The notes beneath the pieces were generated by a model that was not told the DNA's origin, searched no databases, and saw only the letters and a list, made by a program, of their open reading frames with translations. This document shows positions 44,436 to 53,310 of a stretch of 64,000 nucleotides of DNA, one piece after another. The position numbers were made by a program, and so were the translations under genes. The stretch is from positions 21,853-85,852 of the forward strand of contig JAFTZQ010000017.1 of assembly GCA_017464475.1 (NCBI GenBank), written 5' to 3'. Every line of letters begins with the position of its first letter. The first letter of the stretch is position 1. Source of the stretch: Paludibacteraceae bacterium. Lineage in GTDB: Bacteria; Bacteroidota; Bacteroidia; Bacteroidales; Paludibacteraceae.

Positions 44436-45902
44436 ATGAAAAAGCAAGCAATTCTATTTATTTCGTTCATTTTGTGCGCATTAGGAGCACAAGCAGAGGA
44501 TAGTATCAAGGTCAGCGCGGCGGACCTGCAGGCGTTGATTCAGCGTGTCGAGAAGCTCGAACAGCAATCTGCCGTTCAACCGACCGATTCTGCCAAATCC
44601 CAACAAATAGTGAATGATGAGGCAAAGCCTCAAAAGAAACGTACGCATGGGCGGTTTGTCATCGGCGGCTATGGTGAAGTGACCGCCAAGCATTGTTTCT
44701 ATTCCAATAACTACCTCCGTTATGGCCAAAATCCCTCTCGTTTTGCCGGCGACCACTACGGCGAGTTCGATCTCCCGCACGTGGTGATCTATATGGGCTA
44801 TGACTTCGGCAAAGGCTGGTCCGTCGGCACGGAGATTGAGTTTGAGCACGGAGGAACAGAGAGTGCTATCGAGATTGAGGAAGAAGAGGGCGGAGAATAC
44901 GAATCCGAGATCGAGCGCGGCGGAGAAGTGGCATTGGAGCAGTTCTGGCTCCAGAAAGCCTTCAACCGGTATGCCGTCATCCGTGCCGGTATGCAGGTCA
45001 TTCCGGTCGGAGGACTGAACGCACACCACGAATCGACAGAGTATTTCGGCGTCTATCGTAACGAAGGAGATTTCACCATCATTCCTTCCACATGGCATGA
45101 GGTGGCGCTCACTTTCATGGGCTCCACCGCCAACGGATGGCACTACCAGGCGATGTTCCTGCCGGGACTGGACAGCGACCGGTTCAACCGGAAAAACTGG
45201 ATCAAACCCGGTGCTGGAAGTCCGTATGAATTCAAATTAGCGAACGTGTTTGCCGGAGCGGCGCGCGTGGATTACACCGGTGTTAAGGGGTTAAGGTTAA
45301 GTTTAAGCGGCTACTGCGGCAACTCGTTTCGCAACACGCTCTCCAAATCCAATGTGGAACTGGACGCCAGTGCGTACAAGGACGTCAAAGGAACCGTCTC
45401 CATCGGCGCCTTCGATTTCGCCTACAATGACTTCGGCGTGATCGTCCGCGGCAGTTTCACCTACGGACATCTCTCCGACGCAGCGGCGATCACCCAATAC
45501 AATATCGCCATGCGCAAAGGATCGGTTTCCTCCAAACAATGGGTGGCTTCCGACGCCCTCGCAGCAGGTATCGAAGCCGGTTACGACTTCTTCTCGTTGA
45601 ATGCCAAACTGAGAGAGAAGAACCGGAAGTTCTATCTCTTCGCGCGCTACGATTACTACGATTCGATGTTCCGCTACGATGGTCAACCGACGGATGTGTA
45701 CCCTTGGTGCGGACGCCATCGCGCGGCGGTCGGAATCAACTATTTCCCGATCAAACAAATCGGCGTGAAGGCGGAATTCTCGTACGGTATTTTGAAACAA
45801 GGAATACGCGCGGACGGCACGCGCGGGAAATTATATAATGACGAACCCCAGATAGCTGTCGGCATCGTATATGCCGGCTTCTATCAAACCGGAGACGAAT
45901 AA
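44436..45902 (+). CDS. Outer-membrane porin (OprO/P-like, with an N-terminal coiled coil)
   Basis: 488 aa with a signal peptide. Coiled coil DLQALIQRVEKLEQQ, beta-strand periodicity, and an aromatic-rich C-terminus. Confidence 0.55.
   Translation: MKKQAILFISFILCALGAQAEDSIKVSAADLQALIQRVEKLEQQSAVQPTDSAKSQQIVNDEAKPQKKRTHGRFVIGGYGEVTAKHCFYSNNYLRYGQNPSRFAGDHYGEFDLPHVVIYMGYDFGKGWSVGTEIEFEHGGTESAIEIEEEEGGEYESEIERGGEVALEQFWLQKAFNRYAVIRAGMQVIPVGGLNAHHESTEYFGVYRNEGDFTIIPSTWHEVALTFMGSTANGWHYQAMFLPGLDSDRFNRKNWIKPGAGSPYEFKLANVFAGAARVDYTGVKGLRLSLSGYCGNSFRNTLSKSNVELDASAYKDVKGTVSIGAFDFAYNDFGVIVRGSFTYGHLSDAAAITQYNIAMRKGSVSSKQWVASDALAAGIEAGYDFFSLNAKLREKNRKFYLFARYDYYDSMFRYDGQPTDVYPWCGRHRAAVGINYFPIKQIGVKAEFSYGILKQGIRADGTRGKLYNDEPQIAVGIVYAGFYQTGDE
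45281..45308. repeat. TTAAGG-type short repeat run, in-frame in the porin gene
   Basis: tgttaaggggttaaggttaagtttaagc encodes GVKGLRLSLS. Related to the AAGGTTA array at 21692-21730. Confidence 0.6.
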
Positions 45903-45903
45903 C

Positions 45904-45934
45904 ACCTTTTACCTTTCACCTTTCACCTTTTTTT
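45904..45934. repeat. 7 bp tandem repeat ACCTTTC x4
   Basis: acctttt acctttc acctttc acctttt, starting 2 nt after the porin stop. Confidence 0.85.
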
Positions 45935-45944
45935 CCTTCCAAAA

Positions 45945-45993
45945 GGGGGTGATAAGGGGGTGATTAGGGGGTGATTAGGGGGTGATTAGGGGG
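45945..45993. repeat. 11 bp tandem repeat GGGGGTGATTA x4
   Basis: gggggtgataa gggggtgatta gggggtgatta gggggtgatta ggggg read directly. Confidence 0.9.
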
Positions 45994-46062
45994 ATATTCG
46001 TATAACGCTACCGACTGGCAACTATGACAAAAACAAACATATTAACAACAAATTAACGTATT

Positions 46063-47223
46063 ATGAAAAAGATTTTCAAATGGGCACTATGTGCCGCATG
46101 CGTCATGGGAATGGCTGCATGCAACAACCAGAAGACCGAGGTTAAATCGGACAAAGAAGAGGCGCTTGAGCGTGCGATGGCGCCGTATGTGAACAACACC
46201 GTCATTGCGACTTACAGCCACATGGCGGACGAAGGTCTTGTCCTTCTTGACAAATGCGAGCAGATACTCGCTAAGGTAGAGGCAAAAGAGGATTACTCTA
46301 CCCTCATGGCGGAAGCAGGAACAGCGTGGCGCGCTATGCGCAAACATTGGGAGCAGAGCGAAGCCTTCCTCTATGGTCCCGCAGCAAGCCATACCATCGA
46401 CCCCCATATCGATTCATGGCCGCTCGATTTCAACGCCATGAATGCCCTCCTCAACAACGAAGCGCAGATGAAGCAGATCGAGGAAGAAGGTGGTGCATAC
46501 GTAGGAGACAAACTCGGTTATGCCCTCAAGGGTTTCCACGCCGCAGAGTACCTGCTCTTTGAATCGGTGGAGCAAGGCGGACGTGCCGTTGGTACCGGTA
46601 AGACGCACGCGGCTAACCTCACACGCCCCCAAGCTATTTATCTGCTGGGTATCGTCGAGGACCTGACGCAGCAATCGATCCTGCTTGAATACGCATGGGC
46701 GGGAGAAGTGAGCGACGCGAAAATGAAACTGTTGGAAGAAGCGGAAGTGGATCTCTTTGAGGATAACTACGGCAAACAGATGATCAACGCCGGCAAAGCC
46801 GGTTCGATCTATGTCAGCTTCCAGGACGCGGCAGAAGAGATCATCTCCGGAGCTGCGGACATTGCAAGCGAAGTAGCAGACCTGAAGATGGGCAACCCCT
46901 ACACCGCTGTAGATCCGGACTACTTGGAGAGCCCGTACAGCTGCACTTCGACCACCGACTTTGCAGACAACATCCGTTCCATCCAGCACGCTTACTGCGG
47001 CGCACAAGCCGGAGATTACTCCATCTCCAATTATGTCTATCGCCAGGATGCAGAACTCGACGCCAAAGTGCGCAAAGCCATCGAGGAATCCATTGCTGCT
47101 ATCGAAGCAATCGAAGATTTCGAGCATAACCCCACCGACGCCAAAGTAGGTGCGGCGATTGACAAAGTAAAAGCTTTGGAAGAAGTGCTCGCAAACGAAG
47201 TGCTCGCTCTCTTGGCAAAATAA
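46063..47223 (+). CDS. Imelysin-family lipoprotein (peptidase M75 / IrpA-like)
   Basis: 386 aa with lipobox GMAAC. GxHxxE motif (KGFHAAEYLLF). Confidence 0.7.
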   Translation: MKKIFKWALCAACVMGMAACNNQKTEVKSDKEEALERAMAPYVNNTVIATYSHMADEGLVLLDKCEQILAKVEAKEDYSTLMAEAGTAWRAMRKHWEQSEAFLYGPAASHTIDPHIDSWPLDFNAMNALLNNEAQMKQIEEEGGAYVGDKLGYALKGFHAAEYLLFESVEQGGRAVGTGKTHAANLTRPQAIYLLGIVEDLTQQSILLEYAWAGEVSDAKMKLLEEAEVDLFEDNYGKQMINAGKAGSIYVSFQDAAEEIISGAADIASEVADLKMGNPYTAVDPDYLESPYSCTSTTDFADNIRSIQHAYCGAQAGDYSISNYVYRQDAELDAKVRKAIEESIAAIEAIEDFEHNPTDAKVGAAIDKVKALEEVLANEVLALLAK

Positions 47224-47241
47224 ACCCTCGGACGCTTTGTG

Positions 47242-47269
47242 AATTGTAAATTGTAAATTGTAAATTGAG
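47242..47269. repeat. 7 bp tandem repeat AATTGTA x4
   Basis: aattgta aattgta aattgta aattgag, in the imelysin-diheme spacer. Confidence 0.9.
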
Positions 47270-47275
47270 AAAGAT

Positions 47276-48913
47276 ATGAGAAAAGAATTTTTATTCATGG
47301 CTCTGGCAGCTCTCGCGCTGGCGGGTTGTAACCCGGGAGGAGGCAGCAACACGCCCGAGACAGACATGCCCGAATGGTATTACACCGGCGGCAAACAGGG
47401 TACTGCCATCAACTCTTCATCCATGGCTTTCCGCCAGCCTACTCCGGCTACCGACGAAGCGGGATTAGGTACTATGTTCGCGCAAGGCGATAATATCGCG
47501 GAGAAAGATTTCGTGACCAACGGTTCGGGGCGTCAGCATGGTCTGGGACCTGTCTATGTACGCGCGTCATGCCAGCATTGCCACCCCAACTACTCCCACG
47601 GTACGTCCGTGCCTGCCGGCACCTACGATGCGGCGCACCAAGGAAACGGAACCCTCCTCGTGGTTATCAATCCTACTACCCAAGCCTACGTGCCTTGGTT
47701 AGCCGGTATGCCGCAACTCTTCGGAGCCAAACCGTTTAAAGCTCCGCTTGACCCGGACCAGATCACCGTTACGTGGAAGACCGCAACCGACGAACACGGA
47801 AACAAGTTTGCGGATGGCGAGACCTACGAACTGCGCTACCCGGAGGTAACGATGCCGAACACCGCAGTATATGTTTATAACCAAGGCTACCGCGACCCGG
47901 ACGGATTGCTGGAGAGCGAGGGATACGAAGTGCTGCTGGAGAACACCATCGGCGTCTATGGAACCGGCTTGCTCGATGCCATTACGGATGAGGACATCAT
48001 CGCCCAGTACGCCAAAGAAGAGGCGGACGGCAAACTCAAGAACGGTCTCAACCCCGCTATTTATGCCGGCGGAATGCAGACTTCCGGTTACTATAAGAAC
48101 GACCCGCAGTGGGGACCTAAGCGTTTCACCTACGCCCTCTCCCGCGGTCCGCTGCAGGACGCTGCCGGGGCAAACGCTATCTGGAACATCACCAATGTCA
48201 CACGTTCCGACCGCAGATACCACTATCTGGACCTCAATGGGACGATTTATGCCGAATATGCCTCCAAAGACCCCGAGGTGCAAGCCGGTTTTGCCGACTA
48301 TATAGCCAAACTGGACCCGAACAACGAGCACCCCGAATGGCGTACGGACAACATGGAGAGCAATATCAAGGAGTTCCTGACCAGCAAGACCCTGCCGGCA
48401 GAGATGAGCGATGATGAGTTCACCCAAGTCATGGTTTGGCACCGCGGTCTGGCGGTTCCTGCTGCTCGTAACGTGACCGACAAACAGGTCCTCCGCGGTA
48501 AAGAACTCTTCACACAGATCGGCTGCGACTACTGCCACCGTCCTACTTGGACCACCGGTCCGGACGAAGTGCGCGACCCGAACAACTTCCCCGTTACGGC
48601 GAAGATGCCGCGTTACCCGAACCAGAAGATCTGGCCGTACACCGACATGGTTCAGCATAAACTGCACATGGAAAATGATATCCGCACCGGCTGGTGCCGC
48701 ACCACCCCGCTCTGGGGACGCGGTCTGCACCGCAAAGCGACAGGTGACGCATACGACGCGCGTATGCACGACACTCGTGCACGCAACGTGATCGAAGCGA
48801 TTATGTGGCATGGTTATAGCACCGAATCCGATGCGTATTATCCTACCCAGGAGTTCTATAAACTCGAAAAATCTGACCGCGATGCAATCGTTGCTTTCAT
48901 CAATGCGATCTAA
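47276..48913 (+). CDS. Di-heme c-type cytochrome oxidoreductase (DUF1111 / peroxidase-like) lipoprotein
   Basis: 545 aa with lipobox LALAGC. Two CxxCH motifs (CQHCH and CDYCH). Confidence 0.75.
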   Translation: MRKEFLFMALAALALAGCNPGGGSNTPETDMPEWYYTGGKQGTAINSSSMAFRQPTPATDEAGLGTMFAQGDNIAEKDFVTNGSGRQHGLGPVYVRASCQHCHPNYSHGTSVPAGTYDAAHQGNGTLLVVINPTTQAYVPWLAGMPQLFGAKPFKAPLDPDQITVTWKTATDEHGNKFADGETYELRYPEVTMPNTAVYVYNQGYRDPDGLLESEGYEVLLENTIGVYGTGLLDAITDEDIIAQYAKEEADGKLKNGLNPAIYAGGMQTSGYYKNDPQWGPKRFTYALSRGPLQDAAGANAIWNITNVTRSDRRYHYLDLNGTIYAEYASKDPEVQAGFADYIAKLDPNNEHPEWRTDNMESNIKEFLTSKTLPAEMSDDEFTQVMVWHRGLAVPAARNVTDKQVLRGKELFTQIGCDYCHRPTWTTGPDEVRDPNNFPVTAKMPRYPNQKIWPYTDMVQHKLHMENDIRTGWCRTTPLWGRGLHRKATGDAYDARMHDTRARNVIEAIMWHGYSTESDAYYPTQEFYKLEKSDRDAIVAFINAI

Positions 48914-48923
48914 GCCCGTTACA

Positions 48924-50006
48924 ATGCTGTTGCACCTCGCCCTCGCGATAATTATCGTGGGGGCGTGTGTGACGCATTTCTTCGGCATGCAGGGCGAGAT
49001 CCATCTCCGAGCCGACAAAGCTCAAACTCTCACCTACAAATCGCCATACTCTGCCTCTTTCTCCTCCCTTGAGGGGAGGTTGGGAGGGGTTTCCTCCCCC
49101 ACCGTTTCCCTCTTCCTTTGGGATTTTCAGATCGTCTATGCCGAGGATGGCGTGACGCCGGTGGATTACCTCACCGAACTGCGCCTGCTTGATCGTTCCT
49201 CCTCCCCTGAGGGGAGGTCGGGTGGGGTTTCACTCTCTTCTGTAGACGAAGGAACCATTCGGATGAACAAACCGCTCAAATACCACGGTTTCCGCTTCTG
49301 CCAGTCCGATTACGACAGCGACCTGATGGGCGTGGTGCTTACCTATAACTACGACCCGTGGGGAATTGGAATTACCTATACCGGCTATGCCCTCCTGCTG
49401 ATCTCCATGATCGCTTTCTTCTTTCGTCGGAACACCATCTTCCGCGCGAAACTGAAGCAGTCGGTCTTTGCTCAGCGCAGCGGCATATACTCGGCTGCCT
49501 TCATCGCCCTCATTGCGATCTTGGCGCTGGTAATGACCAAAGTGGTGACACCCAAACCGCCTTTGCAGCCGGTACTACAAACGCCGCTCTTGGGAATCCA
49601 TGTATCGGTAATCATGCTGGCGTACACTCTCTTTGCTATCATTGCCATCAACGGCATATTAGGGCTGTGCATGGCGCAGAAACGCGAGATGCTCATGACG
49701 CTCTCTCAAGTCCTCCTCTACCCTGCTATCTTCTGCCTTGCCGCAGGAATCTTCATCGGCGCCGTATGGGCGAACCTCTCTTGGGGACGGTACTGGGGAT
49801 GGGATCCGAAAGAGACATGGGCGCTGATTACGATGATCGTCTATGCCTGCCAACTCCATTGGCCCCTGATCATTGGTAAACTGAAACTCACAGACAACAA
49901 AGCACAAACCATCTACCACATCATTTCTGTGGTAAACTTCCTCTTTGTGCTCTTCACCTATTTCGGAGTAAATCGACTGTTGGGAGGATTACATTCCTAC
50001 GCTTAA
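48924..50006 (+). CDS. Cytochrome c biogenesis protein, CcsA/ResC-like with an N-terminal membrane extension
   Basis: Start MLLHLALAIIIVGACV (alternative ATG at 48903). The tryptophan-rich motif WGRYWGWDPKETW is followed by a conserved His region. Confidence 0.7.
   Translation: MLLHLALAIIIVGACVTHFFGMQGEIHLRADKAQTLTYKSPYSASFSSLEGRLGGVSSPTVSLFLWDFQIVYAEDGVTPVDYLTELRLLDRSSSPEGRSGGVSLSSVDEGTIRMNKPLKYHGFRFCQSDYDSDLMGVVLTYNYDPWGIGITYTGYALLLISMIAFFFRRNTIFRAKLKQSVFAQRSGIYSAAFIALIAILALVMTKVVTPKPPLQPVLQTPLLGIHVSVIMLAYTLFAIIAINGILGLCMAQKREMLMTLSQVLLYPAIFCLAAGIFIGAVWANLSWGRYWGWDPKETWALITMIVYACQLHWPLIIGKLKLTDNKAQTIYHIISVVNFLFVLFTYFGVNRLLGGLHSYA
49061..49095 (+). repeat. GC-rich palindromic element, in-frame in the ccsA-like gene (copy 1)
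   Basis: ctcctcccttgaggggaggttgggaggggtttcct encodes SSLEGRLGGVSS. Confidence 0.75.
49197..49233 (+). repeat. GC-rich palindromic element, in-frame in the ccsA-like gene (copy 2)
   Basis: The 17 bp perfect palindrome cctcccctgaggggagg (49201-49217) is followed by tcgggtggggttt. Encodes SSPEGRSGGVS. Confidence 0.8.
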
Positions 50007-50663
50007 TACAATCCAAGTAGCGATTGTATGAGAAGCGGCACCGAGCACGATGAACACATGCCATATTGCATGATAGTAGTCGTGCTCTTCGTCTTTATTG
50101 AAGAAATACGAACCGATGGTGTAGAATACCCCTTCGCCTATGATCCACCAGAACGCGCTATGCGGCATGCCTTTCCACATCGGCACTAAGATCAGCAGCG
50201 CTACCCACCCCATGCTCAGATAGAGCGCCAGAGACAGCTTGGGGTGTTTGCCGAGCGCAATGATCTTTCCGATCATGCCGGCGATCACGCATGCCCATAG
50301 AAAAATAAACAGCGCCCATCCCATCCATCCGCCTACAACGGAGAGACAGATCAGCGAGTACGAACCGGCTATCATGGCGTAGATAGCAATGTGGTCAAAT
50401 ACCCGCAGCCGGGCTTTCACCTTCGGCTCTACTACAGCGTGATACGCAGTGGACGAACCGAACATCACCAGCATTCCTATTAGGAACAACCCCGTCCCCA
50501 ATACCTGATATGCCGGTGCCCCCTGCTGACTTCGTATCGCCAGCCTCATCATCGGCGCAGAGATACCTGCCGTCACCATCAGCGGCAAAAGATGAGTGAT
50601 AGTATTCCACCTCTCCTCACTTGATAATTTCCCTAAATACTCCTTCATCTTTCGTCCTTCCAT
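49989..50663 (-). CDS. Hemolysin III / PAQR-family membrane protein
   Basis: About 224 aa, 7 TM helices. ...EERWNTITH..., ...STAYHAV..., ...HAIWHVFIVLGAASH. The start is ambiguous (50663 or 50648). Confidence 0.8.
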   Translation of the reverse strand: MEGRKMKEYLGKLSSEERWNTITHLLPLMVTAGISAPMMRLAIRSQQGAPAYQVLGTGLFLIGMLVMFGSSTAYHAVVEPKVKARLRVFDHIAIYAMIAGSYSLICLSVVGGWMGWALFIFLWACVIAGMIGKIIALGKHPKLSLALYLSMGWVALLILVPMWKGMPHSAFWWIIGEGVFYTIGSYFFNKDEEHDYYHAIWHVFIVLGAASHTIATWIVLSVGM

Positions 50664-52177
50664 CACGCACTATGTGTCTTCCTCGTTACGATTGACCGCA
50701 TCGTCAGGAAGAAATACTTGATATCGGTTCGCACCGGGTGTTCCAGATATTCCGTCAGGTACTTGTCCTCACTCGCGAATAACTCCTCGAAGGTATCAGG
50801 ATGGTCGATATAGAACGGAGGGATCAAACCGGGCTTGCTTTTCGTTCGTTTGTCTTGCAGCCATTCCGGATAACTCTCAAACATCGTCCGGCTCAGCGGA
50901 CGAACACCTACTAACTTCACATCACCTTTAAACCAATTGATCAGCATAGGAAGCTCGTCCAGCCAGTACTTCCGCATGAATTTTCCCCAAGTGGTGATCC
51001 GCCAGTCGTCATTGCTCTTGTCGGCAATATCCATTCCTCCGCGGGCGTCAAAGACATATTTCTGGATGTACTCGGCATACGGGTGCATCGTGCGCATCTT
51101 GTAGAAATAACGGATCTCCTTGTTCTTGCATACGCGCGCCAATTTGATCAGCGGACCATAGACCTTGATCTGCTCCTGAGGATACGGCTGCGATTTACGG
51201 TGCGCAAAGACATATTCGATGTGCCCCATTGGCACAACGTCGTCCACCTCAAACCCGCAATAATAGAGCCGTCCTAATACTTCGGTCTTGCTCAGCATTC
51301 GCTTTCGTCCCTTGGTGATGTCGTAATAAAGGCGGCTGGTGAGCATGAGCCGCGGCCATACGCGTTTCTGGAAGAAATAAAGCGTGTAGATACACCAGTT
51401 AAGTCCACGCGGATATTTGGCTAAGATCTTGCCTTTGATATATTCCTGCGGACGATAGCAACATACATAATGCCCACCGTCCGGCAGTTTCTGGTTCACC
51501 ATGCAGAACCGTTTGTTGATCCCCCGCATGTCGTTCAGAAGCGTCAGATCAACCAGCGTCTCGTATTGATAATCAGGTATTTGCAGATAAGCAAACCGAT
51601 TTCGGTCGCATACCACTTTGGTTAACGTGGAATCCAGCCTTGCTTTCTTGCGCAGCATATAGTAATCCGCCTCAGTGGTGACAGAGAGGATCGATTGATG
51701 AATGGATTGAATGGATTCCTTGCGCCTTTTCTCGTCCGGATGGGTCGCATGAGCATTCTCGCGCTGCTCTATCTGCATCACCGGCACGGTCATGTTGGTC
51801 GCGTATTTCCAGTAATGTTCCATCAGTACCACAACCGTCTCCAGCGCACCTACCAGCAGGATCGTCCACATCGCTACCTTCGGAGACAGATTATAGTGCA
51901 TCTGCGGCAATATCCACCAGCATAAACCGATCAGTATTCCTGCATCGGCTACCAGCGACACCATGGATTGCCAGAACCATGCCTCTTTGTACGAACGGTA
52001 TAGTTGTACGGCAAATCCCACGATGATCCACAGCGCAGCTAAGACACCGAATAGTGCCCAATAATGCACGATCTCGCTCTTATTGGCTACCCATCGCCAT
52101 AACATACATAGCGCCACCGCAATGACCCACACCAGCAGGTCTGCCACGATTCGTTTTCCCCAACCTTCGCGTATCAT
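50663..52177 (-). CDS. Polyprenyl-phosphate glycosyl-phosphotransferase (bacterial sugar transferase family) with a large N-terminal region
   Basis: 504 aa. YFYKMRTM and LDELPMLINWFKGDVKLVGVRP motifs, and N-terminal TM helices. Confidence 0.75.
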   Translation of the reverse strand: MIREGWGKRIVADLLVWVIAVALCMLWRWVANKSEIVHYWALFGVLAALWIIVGFAVQLYRSYKEAWFWQSMVSLVADAGILIGLCWWILPQMHYNLSPKVAMWTILLVGALETVVVLMEHYWKYATNMTVPVMQIEQRENAHATHPDEKRRKESIQSIHQSILSVTTEADYYMLRKKARLDSTLTKVVCDRNRFAYLQIPDYQYETLVDLTLLNDMRGINKRFCMVNQKLPDGGHYVCCYRPQEYIKGKILAKYPRGLNWCIYTLYFFQKRVWPRLMLTSRLYYDITKGRKRMLSKTEVLGRLYYCGFEVDDVVPMGHIEYVFAHRKSQPYPQEQIKVYGPLIKLARVCKNKEIRYFYKMRTMHPYAEYIQKYVFDARGGMDIADKSNDDWRITTWGKFMRKYWLDELPMLINWFKGDVKLVGVRPLSRTMFESYPEWLQDKRTKSKPGLIPPFYIDHPDTFEELFASEDKYLTEYLEHPVRTDIKYFFLTMRSIVTRKTHSA

Positions 52178-52180
52178 GAT

Positions 52181-53302
52181 TTATTGTTTAATGTTCACTA
52201 AACATTCCACAATCCTCTCCGCAGCATGTCCGTCCCATAACTCAGGAATAGCTCCTTTCTTCCACTCCCCGGCGAAAAGCTTGTCCAGCGCCGGCTTGAT
52301 AGCCGCCGGATCAGTACCTATTAACTCATTCGTTCCTACCGTGCAAGTCTCCGGCCGTTCGGTGTTGTCGCGCAGCGTGATACAAGGCACGCCCATCACT
52401 GTCGTCTCTTCGGTTATTCCTCCGCTGTCGGTCACTACGGCTTTCGCGCGCTCTACCAGATAATTGAACTCCAGATACCCCATCGGCTCTACAATATACA
52501 GATTCGGATATCTCTCACTCCCTAACTCATTCACTCCCTCATTCATTAATGCTTTCAGCCTCAAAGCCGTCCTCGGATGAATCGGGAATATAATAGGCAG
52601 CCCGTGTACATTGCCGATAATCTGCTCCATCATGGCTTTCAGATGGCCCTCTTCATCTACGTTCGCGGGGCGGTGCATGGTCATCACAATATACTCTTTT
52701 TCTTTCAGCCCTAACTCATCCCATATCTGAGGTCTCCTGAATCTTGCACGATTAGCCATCAGCGTATCGATCATCACATTTCCCACGAACCAATAATTCT
52801 CATTGAGTTTCGCTCCCAAGCGTGCTAAGTTCGCGTTCGCCACCTCGCTGGTCGTGAACATGTAGTCCGCCAAACTGTCTGTCACCATGCGGTTGATCTC
52901 CTCCGGCATGGTCAGATCCCAGCTCCGTATTCCGGCTTCCACATGGCATACTTTGGTATTCAGTTTCTTCGCCACAATAGAGCATGCCATCGTGCTCGTC
53001 ACATCGCCTACTACCAGCACCACATCCGTCGGATGAGCCATCAGGTCTTTCTCAAACTCCACCATGATATGAGCAGTCTGTTCCGCCTGCGTACCTCCGC
53101 CGCAGCCTAAGTTCACATCCGGAGCCGGGATACCCAACTCCTCAAAGAACGTCTCGCTCATGTTCTTGTCATAATGCTGCCCCGTATGCACCAAACGGTA
53201 GTGAACATCCGTTCCGGCAGCCTCAGCCTGCTTTATTGCTTTTATGAGGGGCGCTACCTTCATGAAGTTCGGTCTGGCGCCTGCAATCAATGTTATATGC
53301 AT
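52181..53302 (-). CDS. wecB: UDP-N-acetylglucosamine 2-epimerase (non-hydrolysing)
   Basis: 373 aa. ...GARPNFMKVAPLIKA..., ...VHTGQHYD..., ...DSGGITEETTVMGVPCITLRDNTERPET.... Confidence 0.9.
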   Translation of the reverse strand: MHITLIAGARPNFMKVAPLIKAIKQAEAAGTDVHYRLVHTGQHYDKNMSETFFEELGIPAPDVNLGCGGGTQAEQTAHIMVEFEKDLMAHPTDVVLVVGDVTSTMACSIVAKKLNTKVCHVEAGIRSWDLTMPEEINRMVTDSLADYMFTTSEVANANLARLGAKLNENYWFVGNVMIDTLMANRARFRRPQIWDELGLKEKEYIVMTMHRPANVDEEGHLKAMMEQIIGNVHGLPIIFPIHPRTALRLKALMNEGVNELGSERYPNLYIVEPMGYLEFNYLVERAKAVVTDSGGITEETTVMGVPCITLRDNTERPETCTVGTNELIGTDPAAIKPALDKLFAGEWKKGAIPELWDGHAAERIVECLVNIKQ

Positions 53303-53310
53303 AGTCCTGT

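Noticed and set aside
48810-48923. The 5' extension of the ccsA-like ORF, overlapping the end of the di-haem gene by about 100 nt.
   Set aside because: The extension has no hydrophobic or conserved character. A start at 48924 (or 48903) gives a typical TM N-terminus with little or no overlap with the upstream stop (at most 11 nt).
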